From the IMG/VR virus record IMGVR_UViG_3300045988_020061: DNA of 39,436 bases; one strand, 5' to 3'. The notes beneath the pieces are model-generated. The model was not told the origin of the DNA. It saw only the letters and a program-made list of their open reading frames with translations, and did not search any database. Positions 31,847-39,436 of the stretch are shown here, in pieces. Position numbers and translations under genes: made by a program. This DNA comes from a virus. The first letter of the stretch is position 1. Each line of letters begins with the position of its first letter.

Positions 31847-32470
31847 TCAGTTGTTTTCGCTTGCCATCAGATCGGCAAGCGCTTTCTGGCGCTCCGCCGT
31901 AGACATCACATAGCGACCCTTATCGTCCTTCTTATAGATGTCCTCGCGGGTCTTTGCGCCGCCAGTGTTCGTCGGAGGATTGGCGGGATTCGCACCGTGC
32001 GTCTGCGTGGTGGAGACAAGCCCCTTATAGGTGCCGTCTACGAGCGCATCAAGGCTCTTAGTGTCCTTGATCTTCTCGCCGTCCATCTCCAATGCGGCCA
32101 TTTCTTCGCCGCAGCCGCGCATCGCAAGGTCCAAATTCGCGCCGGTGATGTTTTTGCTCTCAAAGTAAGCGCGGACAGCCTTTTCCTTTGCCGCCTTGCT
32201 TTCCTTTGCCGTGATGTCGGTCTTAAAGGCTTCAAAAGCCGAGTGTTCCTTCTCGTACTTTTCCTTATAGCCGCCGTCACCCGCTGCCTTGAGGTCGTCC
32301 AATTCCTTCTGGACGCCGGGCAGCTTCTCCGCGTCCGCCTTGTACTTCGTAAGATCGTCCTTGAGGGGGTCGACCACGCCCAGATGCAGCGCAACCAAGC
32401 GATTCTCGATCTCTTCGGTGCAGGCCTCGCCGAGAATATTTCTGATTTCCGCTCTCGTAAATTTCGCCAT
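31847..32470 (-). CDS. Scaffolding protein
   Basis: MAKFTRAEIRNILG... followed by a charged coiled coil, in the expected position. Confidence 0.85.
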   Translation of the reverse strand: MAKFTRAEIRNILGEACTEEIENRLVALHLGVVDPLKDDLTKYKADAEKLPGVQKELDDLKAAGDGGYKEKYEKEHSAFEAFKTDITAKESKAAKEKAVRAYFESKNITGANLDLAMRGCGEEMAALEMDGEKIKDTKSLDALVDGTYKGLVSTTQTHGANPANPPTNTGGAKTREDIYKKDDKGRYVMSTAERQKALADLMASENN

Positions 32471-32553
32471 GTTATTCGTTCTCCTTTTCCTTGGCCCCAA
32501 TTCTTCGGGGGCGAACGTTGTATAAAAACCGCTATACCTCGCGGGTTTTACCT

Positions 32554-32597
32554 AAAACAAAAGAGCCAACCACCGAGAAAAACTCGGTAGCTGGCTC
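32554..32597 (-). terminator. Strong terminator-like hairpin inside the late operon
   Basis: On the minus strand there is a 15-bp stem GAGCCAGCTACCGAG/CTCGGTGGTTGGCTC (two G-U pairs) with loop TTTTT, followed by TTTTGTTTT. Confidence 0.6.
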
Positions 32598-32617
32598 CTA
32601 TTGCCCTTTCCCGCGCC

Positions 32618-32752
32618 CTATTGCGCGGAAGTGCTGTATTTGATTGTTTTCTTGACCTCTAAGACGATGTACCCGTCGCCTTTTCGGCGTATTTCAGCAT
32701 CATTGCCGCGCTTTATGATGGCTTCAATGGCCTTGATAATCTCGTTATCCAT
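32618..32752 (-). CDS. 44-aa hypothetical protein (absent from the ORF track)
   Basis: MDNEIIKAIEAIIKRGNDAEIRRKGDGYIVLEVKKTIKYSTSAQ. It overlaps the upstream stop by 8 nt. Confidence 0.4.
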   Translation of the reverse strand: MDNEIIKAIEAIIKRGNDAEIRRKGDGYIVLEVKKTIKYSTSAQ

Positions 32753-33149
32753 TTTTCAGCTCGCTTTCCAGAATGTCCCGATACTGTCCCGCATGGTCGG
32801 CGGCAGCTGGTTTCAGAAACGGCTGTGCCTTGTTACCTCGTGTGTAATGCCAATTGCCCTTTGCGTCTTGGTACACCCACGGTGTAGGCCGCCCGCCGCC
32901 ACCTTCGGCATAAATGCCGGTGCCAAGCTCAACGTACGCGGCGTAAGAATTGTTCGACCCGATGATAGCCGCCGGTTCCTGCTCGTCTATCATATGGGTA
33001 ATGCTGTTCCGCAGATTGCCGGTGTCAACGGGGCACAGCTTTTTTGCATATCCCTCTGCCACCAGCCCGCACTTTTCAAGCCCGCGCAGCAGCGCCGCTT
33101 TGATGGCGGCAGAGACTTCTTTGCTGTTGTCGGTGATTTCAACGCTCAT
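32745..33149 (-). CDS. HK97 gp10-family protein
   Basis: KKLCPVDTGNLRNSITH motif. The start is set at MSVEITD, although an ATGA-coupled ATG at 33260 would add 37 unconvincing residues. Confidence 0.6.
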   Translation of the reverse strand: MSVEITDNSKEVSAAIKAALLRGLEKCGLVAEGYAKKLCPVDTGNLRNSITHMIDEQEPAAIIGSNNSYAAYVELGTGIYAEGGGGRPTPWVYQDAKGNWHYTRGNKAQPFLKPAAADHAGQYRDILESELKNG

Positions 33150-33256
33150 CACAAAATACCTCTTGACTTTTTTACGGGGATTGCATATACTGACAGTGAG
33201 GAAACTTATGTTTCCGTTTTTCGAGCCGAACCTCTGCCCATTGGCGGGGGGGCGGC

Positions 33257-34729
33257 TCATTTTTTGTATCTTCTCGCAAACAGCAATTCCCCCGAACCAT
33301 TGATTGCAATTATGTCAAAGTCAAAATCTTGCTTTCTGCGTGCTCTCATGTCCACAGTTCTTTTCAATTCATTTTCGTCAATGCCATTGCCGCACTGCAA
33401 TATAATTCCTCCGGGATTGCTTTTAATTTGTTTTATAGCACTTCGTACTGCGGAATCTGCGGCTTTTGCGGTTGATATGCTTTTAAGTTCCCATTGTTTT
33501 CCGCGCCACAGATAATCCGGTGTTTTTGCCCCCTGTGTATTTGCTTCTTTCAGCAGTACGATCTTCCCACCTAATCGCTCTCTGAGCTGGTCTGCAACCT
33601 CTATTTCTGTTTTGTGGTCTTTTATGCGATATCCGTTCTCATATCGCACTTTGCCCATGCGTGGCGTGGCAGTTTCAATGTATTTTTTCGTTACGTCTTT
33701 GGCCGTGTTTTTATTCCCGTTATGGTACGCTGACAGTTGTTTCCCATCATATCCTCGCTTTGACGCTTCCCACTGCGCATATGTCATGTCAGATATAAGC
33801 CCGTCGCGTGTCCTACGCAGCCCGTCTGATGTATCTACCCCATCCACGGCGGCAATCAGCGTACAGCGGCAGTTATATATCTCCCACGGTGGTCCTTGTG
33901 GGTCGCCGGGAAAACGACAACCGTTAGAAAACTTCTTTTCCTGCGCCACTTGTTCGCCGTCAAGCATGGCATGAGAGTGGCGTGTACGCGCGTCCAGCGT
34001 AGCCAACCATTCTTTTTTGAGCTTTATCCCCATCTTCTCCGCCGCTGCGTAGCTGTCCATGCGTCCGGCATTCTGTGCGCCGGTCACGGCTGTGCGGGCG
34101 GTGCGGATGGCGGAATCGCGACTCATGGTGGTAATGCGCTTTTGCAGATCATCCGCCATGTGCTTGATGCTCTTTCCCTGCAAGATGGAGCTGGTGACGC
34201 TTGCCGTGATTTGTTTCTTGCCATACGTGAGGTCGATGCCGCGTTTCAGTGCCCTGTCCTTTGGGTAGTACGGCATTAAGTCCGGCTGCTCTATTATAAG
34301 CCGCTTTACCGTCTGCTCGTCCCACAGGTCAAAGCCGATATTCCCAGCGACCTGTTCAATAGTGTAAGCCGCATAATTGCGGTTCAGGCTGTAAATACCC
34401 GGCGTCGCATCGTTGGTATAGGAAACCGCCACAGCGTTTGCGTCGGTCGCCCTCTGCGCCACCTTATCGCGCATGGCCTGATAGCGTTCCCCTCGCCCGA
34501 TCTGGTTGAGCCGCCATTGCTTATAATCGGCCTCCGTCCATTCCTTACCGTTTTGCACGGTGCCGATCAGAGCTTTCATTTCCTCGTCGCGCTTTTTGAA
34601 TTGCTCAAAGTATGCGTCGATGGTAGCCTGCAGCTCTTCCCCAGCCTCGCGGTATAGCTTTGCAATGCGCCGTTCCAGCTTTGCAAGCTCCTTGTCGGTC
34701 AGTTGATGCCCAAGATCACTGGTCGCCAT
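33257..34729 (-). CDS. Minor head protein (SPP1 gp7 / Mu F family) fused to a C-terminal PD-(D/E)xK nuclease-like toxin domain
   Basis: MuF core ...TLDARTRHSHAMLDGEQV...YNCRCTL. The C-terminal ~140 aa read HKTEIEVADQLRERLGGKIVLLKE...KTPDYLWRGKQWELKS...GGIILQ. Confidence 0.8.
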   Translation of the reverse strand: MATSDLGHQLTDKELAKLERRIAKLYREAGEELQATIDAYFEQFKKRDEEMKALIGTVQNGKEWTEADYKQWRLNQIGRGERYQAMRDKVAQRATDANAVAVSYTNDATPGIYSLNRNYAAYTIEQVAGNIGFDLWDEQTVKRLIIEQPDLMPYYPKDRALKRGIDLTYGKKQITASVTSSILQGKSIKHMADDLQKRITTMSRDSAIRTARTAVTGAQNAGRMDSYAAAEKMGIKLKKEWLATLDARTRHSHAMLDGEQVAQEKKFSNGCRFPGDPQGPPWEIYNCRCTLIAAVDGVDTSDGLRRTRDGLISDMTYAQWEASKRGYDGKQLSAYHNGNKNTAKDVTKKYIETATPRMGKVRYENGYRIKDHKTEIEVADQLRERLGGKIVLLKEANTQGAKTPDYLWRGKQWELKSISTAKAADSAVRSAIKQIKSNPGGIILQCGNGIDENELKRTVDMRARRKQDFDFDIIAINGSGELLFARRYKK

Positions 34730-36071
34730 CGCCGCTCACCCCCGGCGCGTCCGGATCTTCAAAGCTCCGGTCAAGTTCTTCTGCCGCCTTCCGCTTTGCC
34801 ATGTCATCGTACTGGTCAATGTCGCCGTTGATGGTCAGCAGCTTCTTTGTGATGTATTCGTCATCGTAATACGCTGCGCCCAGAAGGATGTTCTGTGTTT
34901 CCTCGCTCTTGTTGATAATCTGGTTGCGCGTGTAACTCGGCTGATCCTCAATGCCTGCCAAACGCAGAATCTCAACAATAAACCGCGTTACCTCGGATTC
35001 AAACTTGTCCGTCTTCAAATCCAACGGCACATAGCTGGCCTTGATCGCGGTCGCCGTCTGGTTCCCTGCGGATACCGCCGCAGCGTCAAAGCACTGAAAA
35101 TCTTCGTACAGCTTTTTCTTGAGCATATCAATGGTGCTGCTGGTGCCCTCATAGGGAGCCTCGATGGTCTTGCTTTCCACCTTTGCGCCGTCGTCGCCGT
35201 TGGCGTGTGCGACGTGCGTGGTTTTCAAGCGCTCCACAAATTTCGCATCATCCAGATCGTCCATGCCGTTGCAATTGGAAAGCACCCAATAGATCAGATT
35301 GCCCTCGTCCACGTTGTTGACCATGTTAGAGGACGCCAAATCCAGCGCGTCAATGGTATTGCGCTTGCCGACAATCTCGGATAGGCACCGCTTGTTGTTT
35401 TTCAGCGGCACGATGGGGAAACTCGGATAATTCCCACCGTCATAGATTTCGGTTTCGCCGACCTCCGCCTTGCGCTCGATCAGCTTATAACTGCGCTTCG
35501 GCTGCATGACGGCCATATCCTCGCCGCTGGGCTGGAAATACTCGGTAAAGCCGTCGATCTCATACAGCGTCGCTCTCAACGGCTTATCCTGTGCCACCTG
35601 CCAGAACCGGATACCGGCTTTCATTGCACCGTCTTCCTCATCGTAGAGAGGGACAAACTCAAGCAGGGAGAACACCCGCAAATGCGTCAGATCCCAGAAA
35701 CCGAAAGACACGCCTGCGATTTTCGCCTCACGCGCCGCATCCATGACCTCCTGGTCAAAGTCCGGGCATAGCTTGTTCGGGGTTTTCTTCTCCGCGAAAG
35801 TCACGCCGTTGCCCAGAAGATACGATACCTCCTGATCTACCGCCAGACCAAAGAACCGGCTGGCCAGCTTGTGGTTTGCCGTCCACATATCCGTGTGGGC
35901 GCGGCCCTGCATATCGTAGATGATTTTTTCATAGCGGTTAATGGTTGGATTCAGACCGTTATAGTATTCCTCCGCATCCACCGCCGTCTTATATGCGTGG
36001 GATTCGCGATGCGCGTTGATCGCGCTGCGGATAAACTCCATCCGCGCCTTTTCGCCCTCGCCCACCGCCAC
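34716..36071 (-). CDS. Portal protein (SPP1 gp6 family); start uncertain (36071 GTG or 36041 ATG)
   Basis: 451 aa lying between TerL and MuF, with an acidic C-terminus. Confidence 0.9.
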   Translation of the reverse strand: MAVGEGEKARMEFIRSAINAHRESHAYKTAVDAEEYYNGLNPTINRYEKIIYDMQGRAHTDMWTANHKLASRFFGLAVDQEVSYLLGNGVTFAEKKTPNKLCPDFDQEVMDAAREAKIAGVSFGFWDLTHLRVFSLLEFVPLYDEEDGAMKAGIRFWQVAQDKPLRATLYEIDGFTEYFQPSGEDMAVMQPKRSYKLIERKAEVGETEIYDGGNYPSFPIVPLKNNKRCLSEIVGKRNTIDALDLASSNMVNNVDEGNLIYWVLSNCNGMDDLDDAKFVERLKTTHVAHANGDDGAKVESKTIEAPYEGTSSTIDMLKKKLYEDFQCFDAAAVSAGNQTATAIKASYVPLDLKTDKFESEVTRFIVEILRLAGIEDQPSYTRNQIINKSEETQNILLGAAYYDDEYITKKLLTINGDIDQYDDMAKRKAAEELDRSFEDPDAPGVSGDGDQ

Positions 36072-36106
36072 AAAATCGTTATATGTTTTGATAGCCGCTC
36101 ACCGTC

Positions 36107-37327
36107 CTATCCGTTCCAAAGTGGTGTATACTCGCGCCGATACGCCTTGTTCTTCAGGATCGTATAAGCAAAATACCGAGTTTCATCCATTGCGTGGTCG
36201 TTTTCCTTAATTGGCCTGTCATCGGTGGATTTTTCGTCCCACCGATACAACCCAAACTCTCGGATGCAATCTTTACAGCCGCGATGCACCTTGAGAATGC
36301 CATCCTGCAAAAAGCGCGCCGTTGTCATAATGCCGTTAGTTACAGCGTTATTTGCTTTTCTGACCATATATCCGCGTCGTCGCAAAACCTCAATAAATGA
36401 GGCGGCAGACGGGTCAACAATGATGCTTTTGATATCCGCATCCCCGATGAGTTTTTCAATTTCGTCGGCATATTCTTCGTCTGTCTTATTTTTTTGGCTC
36501 TCTCGCCCGGAATAGTAATACTCCCGGATGCGTGTGGCCGTTTTGCCATCCCAGCGCCACAGCCCTGCGGAAAACGGGTTGAGCGTACCATAGTCGCAGG
36601 ACACATAGTATTCACCCGTTTCCGGCAGCTCGTCCACAATGCAGCTCTCGTCAAACATGGGGTAGATCAGCCCCTCGGCCACCACCCACAAGCCGCGAAT
36701 GTACCGATCATAAAACACGCCGGAAAACATTGCTTGATAGCGTTCCAGCGTCTTTTGAGACAATCCGGGGTTGTCCGTCATTTCAAAATGCAGATACAGC
36801 GCGTTCCGCTCCTTGTTTCGCTGTATCCACTCTGTATAAAACCAGTGCTGTGGGCTTCCCGGGTTGCAGGAAAACCACAGCTTTGCCCCGTCTACCGAGC
36901 AGCGGGTCAATGCCTGTTCCACGAACGACCGCGGCATCAGCACAACCTCGTCCAGCAGCACACCCGCCAGCGTCCGGCCCTGAATCAGCGTATAGCTGCT
37001 TTCGTCCTTGCCGCCGAACACCTCAAAGTAATTCGTCACGGCTCCCCGCCGCACTTCCATCACCTTGTCTCCGCGCCGCCAGCGGATGATATAGTGCTCT
37101 TTCGCAAGGCTCATCGCCGTGAACGGCACGATGATGTTCTTTGTGCAGCTATCCACCGTTCTGCCACACACGCCGAAGCGCTGACCGCTGAAATTCTCCA
37201 TCGCCCAGCGAACAAACGCCCACATCATAATGGAGGTCTTGCCGGAACGGACTGCACCGTCGCAAATCAGCGCGTCATACTTGGAATAGGGGAAAGAGAG
37301 GATCTTTGCTTGTTTCGGGCTAATCAT
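36107..37327 (-). CDS. terL: Terminase large subunit
   Basis: Walker A DGAVRSGKTS plus a nuclease half. The start is MISPKQAKIL, or 27 nt upstream of it. Confidence 0.95.
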   Translation of the reverse strand: MISPKQAKILSFPYSKYDALICDGAVRSGKTSIMMWAFVRWAMENFSGQRFGVCGRTVDSCTKNIIVPFTAMSLAKEHYIIRWRRGDKVMEVRRGAVTNYFEVFGGKDESSYTLIQGRTLAGVLLDEVVLMPRSFVEQALTRCSVDGAKLWFSCNPGSPQHWFYTEWIQRNKERNALYLHFEMTDNPGLSQKTLERYQAMFSGVFYDRYIRGLWVVAEGLIYPMFDESCIVDELPETGEYYVSCDYGTLNPFSAGLWRWDGKTATRIREYYYSGRESQKNKTDEEYADEIEKLIGDADIKSIIVDPSAASFIEVLRRRGYMVRKANNAVTNGIMTTARFLQDGILKVHRGCKDCIREFGLYRWDEKSTDDRPIKENDHAMDETRYFAYTILKNKAYRREYTPLWNG

Positions 37328-37688
37328 CGCTCTCCAACCCTTCTGCCATTTCACGCAGGCTCACGCTCAAAGCGTCTTCCTGCGCGTTGTCTGTCGGCAA
37401 GCCCAGATCCACAACGTCACGCTGCCCAAGGTACTGTTTTCCCAGCCAAATGGCCATGCTTGCGTTCTTTTCGGCAAGCCGCCACTGGCTTCTACGTAAG
37501 GATACTTTCCCCAATCCTCGCTTTTGCCTGAATACTTCGGAAAAACTTGCACGATATGTGCGTTTACACCAACCATCCAGCGTTTTGTCGGTCACACCAA
37601 ACCAGCCGCAGATTTCCTCAAGCGTGCATTGCAGGCCGCAGAGGTTCTCGAACTGTTTTTGGTCTATTTCCTTTCTTGGCCTTGCCAT
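37320..37688 (-). CDS. terS: Terminase small subunit
   Basis: MARPRKEIDQKQFENLCGLQCTLEEICGWFGVTDKTL HTH. AAGGAGGG RBS. Confidence 0.85.
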   Translation of the reverse strand: MARPRKEIDQKQFENLCGLQCTLEEICGWFGVTDKTLDGWCKRTYRASFSEVFRQKRGLGKVSLRRSQWRLAEKNASMAIWLGKQYLGQRDVVDLGLPTDNAQEDALSVSLREMAEGLESDD

Positions 37689-37783
37689 ACGCGCCCTCCT
37701 TTCTCTGCTGGCGTTTAATAAACTTCTCCATGTCCCGCTTTAAATATGGGCTGTTAGTTTTTGCAATGATCGCCTGCGCTTCT

Positions 37784-38977
37784 TCAATCGTCATGCAGAA
37801 GCACCGCCTTTTCTCCGGTAAACTTTTCCCATCGATCAATAATGACATCCGCATACTTCGGATCGTACTCCATGCAGAAAGCGTGTCTGCCATTCTGCTC
37901 CGCTGCCATAATTGTTGTGCCGGACCCAGCGAACAGGTCAAGCACATTCTCACCCGGCTTACTGGAGCACTGCATCTGGTAATCAAACAGCTTAATCGGC
38001 TTCATGGTCGGATGCTCCGCAGATTTGACGGGCTTATCAAAATTCAGCACAGTTGTCTGCCTGCGGTTCTTAAAGAAATAGTGCTTCTTGCCTTCCGTCC
38101 ATCCGTATAGACAAGGTTCGTGCGCTTCCTCTTCAATCTCGCTCTCACCATACAAGCAAGGCTCATGTTTCCACTGGAAATCCTGTCTCCCCATCACAAG
38201 GGAGTTCTTCACCCAGATCAGGCACTGCCGGACACGCAGCATCGCATCTCTGCACGCGCCTCGGAAGTTATACCCCTCGCTGTCTGCATGCCAGATGTAG
38301 AACGGAGCACCGGGCTTCATGACCATCGCCGCATTGGAGAAAGCATCCGTCAGGAATCGCCTGAAGGCCGTATCCTCCATATTGTCGTTCTTAATCTTCC
38401 CGGCGGTGCCCTGATAGTCCACATTGTACGGGGGGTCTGTGAGCAGCAAATCCATTTGTGCCCCCCCCACGAGCTTCTGTACGTCTGTCAAAGACGTACT
38501 GTCTCCGCACATAAGGCGATGGTCTCCAAGCTGGTACACATCGCCCAATTTGCTCTTCGGCTCTGCCGGTAAAACGGGATCGTAGTTGTCCTCTACCACT
38601 GACGTGTCAAGTTCATCACGCAGACCCCAATCAAAGTCAAACGCCGACAGGTCAAGCCCCGGCAGCTCATCAGCAAGCAGGTCAAAGTCCCAATCGCTCT
38701 CGTTGCTCTTGTTATCTACCAGCCGCAGGGCGTTCACTTGCTCCGGTGTCAGATCGTCCACGCAGACGCACGGCACTTCTTCCATGCCCAGCTTCTTTGC
38801 CGCCATAGCGCGGCAGTGACCGATTACAATTACGCCGTCGCGATCAATCACAATCGGCTGCACAAAGCCGTATTGCTTGATGCTCTCCGCAACATTGTTG
38901 ATTTGGCGCTTATCATGCTTTTTTGCGTTGCCGGCATACGGCACAATATCCGCAAGCCGCCGTTTTGTGATTTCCAT
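37784..38977 (-). CDS. ParB-like nuclease domain fused to an N6-adenine/N4-cytosine DNA methyltransferase
   Basis: ParB-N segment IVIDRDGVIVIGHCR. Catalytic TDPPY. SAM site LDLFAGSGTT. ATG at 38977 follows CAGGAGGAAAGC. Confidence 0.9.
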   Translation of the reverse strand: MEITKRRLADIVPYAGNAKKHDKRQINNVAESIKQYGFVQPIVIDRDGVIVIGHCRAMAAKKLGMEEVPCVCVDDLTPEQVNALRLVDNKSNESDWDFDLLADELPGLDLSAFDFDWGLRDELDTSVVEDNYDPVLPAEPKSKLGDVYQLGDHRLMCGDSTSLTDVQKLVGGAQMDLLLTDPPYNVDYQGTAGKIKNDNMEDTAFRRFLTDAFSNAAMVMKPGAPFYIWHADSEGYNFRGACRDAMLRVRQCLIWVKNSLVMGRQDFQWKHEPCLYGESEIEEEAHEPCLYGWTEGKKHYFFKNRRQTTVLNFDKPVKSAEHPTMKPIKLFDYQMQCSSKPGENVLDLFAGSGTTIMAAEQNGRHAFCMEYDPKYADVIIDRWEKFTGEKAVLLHDD

Positions 38978-39384
38978 GCTTTCCTCCTGTTTTGTCACCA
39001 GCCCCCACCCCTTGGCTACAGTAACAGTCTTTCCCCTCCCATGCGGCCTTCTGGAAGCTCTCAAACATGGGTTACACAGTATGCCCGCAGGGGGCAATGT
39101 CTTTTCCCCGTCCACTTTTGAACGGTATAGCCGCACTTCCGGGCAGGCGCTATGCCATTTGCCCACGGCAGCGGCTCTCCGCTTTTGGAGCGGCGGCGCG
39201 GTTTTGAGCCACGCAAGATTCGGGATGTTGTCTATAGCCATCCCCTCTCTATTCCATCTGGACGCCGCATATGTCCCCTCTGGGTCACATCATTGAGAGG
39301 TGCGAGGGGTCCTGTTGGTGCCGTGTGGGAGGTGCGACCTCCCGCCCCGGATCGTGGGGTGCAACGAGCGCACGGCATATAACA

Positions 39385-39412
39385 ACAGCCCATAGGTTTC
39401 CCTACAGGCTGT
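39385..39412 (-). other. Stable stem-loop with a GNRA (GAAA) tetraloop on the minus-strand transcript, abutting the junction repeat
   Basis: ACAGCC-TG-TAGG-GAAA-CCTA-TG-GGCTGT read on the minus strand. Confidence 0.5.
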
Positions 39413-39413
39413 T

Positions 39414-39436
39414 TGTGCCGGTATGACCTTTCGGTG
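39414..39436. repeat. Right copy of the 23-nt terminal direct repeat
   Basis: Identical to 1..23. Most simply explained as circular-assembly overlap. Confidence 0.95.

Larger units (their letters stand above)
1..39436. mobile_element. Complete circular genome of a temperate siphovirus-like phage (Firmicutes/Clostridia type)
   Basis: Full set of lysogeny, replication, packaging, head, tail and lysis modules is present. An exact 23-nt terminal direct repeat closes the circle. Gene order is continuous across the junction (late regulator, then ParB-MTase, TerS, TerL). Confidence 0.85.

Noticed and set aside
37618-37794. A possible 58-aa ORF (MTIEEAQAIIAKTNSPYLKRDMEKFIKRQQRKEG...) between the ParB-MTase and TerS.
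   Set aside because: The first half is plausible, but the RBS is weak and the last 70 nt overlap TerS out of frame. It is left unannotated as uncertain.
1-39436. A diversity-generating retroelement, retron or other RT-based system, as an explanation for the odd methyltransferase and fibre genes.
   Set aside because: No reverse-transcriptase-like ORF (YxDD motif) and no template/variable repeat pair was found on either strand.

Overview
The window is a complete, circularly closed genome of about 39.4 kb from a temperate siphovirus-like phage of a high-GC Firmicutes/Clostridia-type host. The first 23 nt are repeated exactly at the end, so the ends join. Read as a circle on the minus strand, the order is: Cro-like switch gene; early and replication genes (Gp157-like, ERF, NinB-like, HNH-like, SSB, replication organiser with internal iterons, DnaC-like loader, DUF1064); a DNA-modification block (PAPS-reductase-like, C5-MTase, ASCH, GNAT-fold); a late-regulator candidate; the junction and late control region; ParB-N6/N4 MTase; TerS; TerL; portal; MuF-toxin fusion; scaffold; capsid; connectors; major tail; gpG/GT; tape measure; Dit; Tal; fibre; holin and endolysin; an insulated accessory cassette; attP. 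The plus strand carries the lysogeny genes: a CI-like repressor, a membrane protein, a membrane-tethered HTH protein and a tyrosine integrase. It also carries one antisense PH-domain moron inside the tail operon. attP is a 3' tRNA fragment with its own terminator, flanked by five GTTAGT arm-type repeats. The most unusual locus is the C5 cytosine methyltransferase at 4402-6296. Its motif order is an exact circular permutation (IV-X, then I-II in frame). The catalytic PCQ motif is split by a 4-nt insertion. Motif VIII carries a 45/46-nt insertion bracketed by a 7-nt direct repeat. Two overlapping frames both read like methyltransferase sequence, and a G8 tract lies where those frames would have to fuse. 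Other points of interest are a MuF::PD-(D/E)xK toxin fusion with no obvious immunity gene, and an insulated cassette of low-complexity, exosporium-like proteins next to attP. There is also a synonymously recoded 7-residue duplication in the ParB-MTase, and a helically phased iteron block inside the replication gene. All functional calls rest on motif recognition from memory. No database search was possible.
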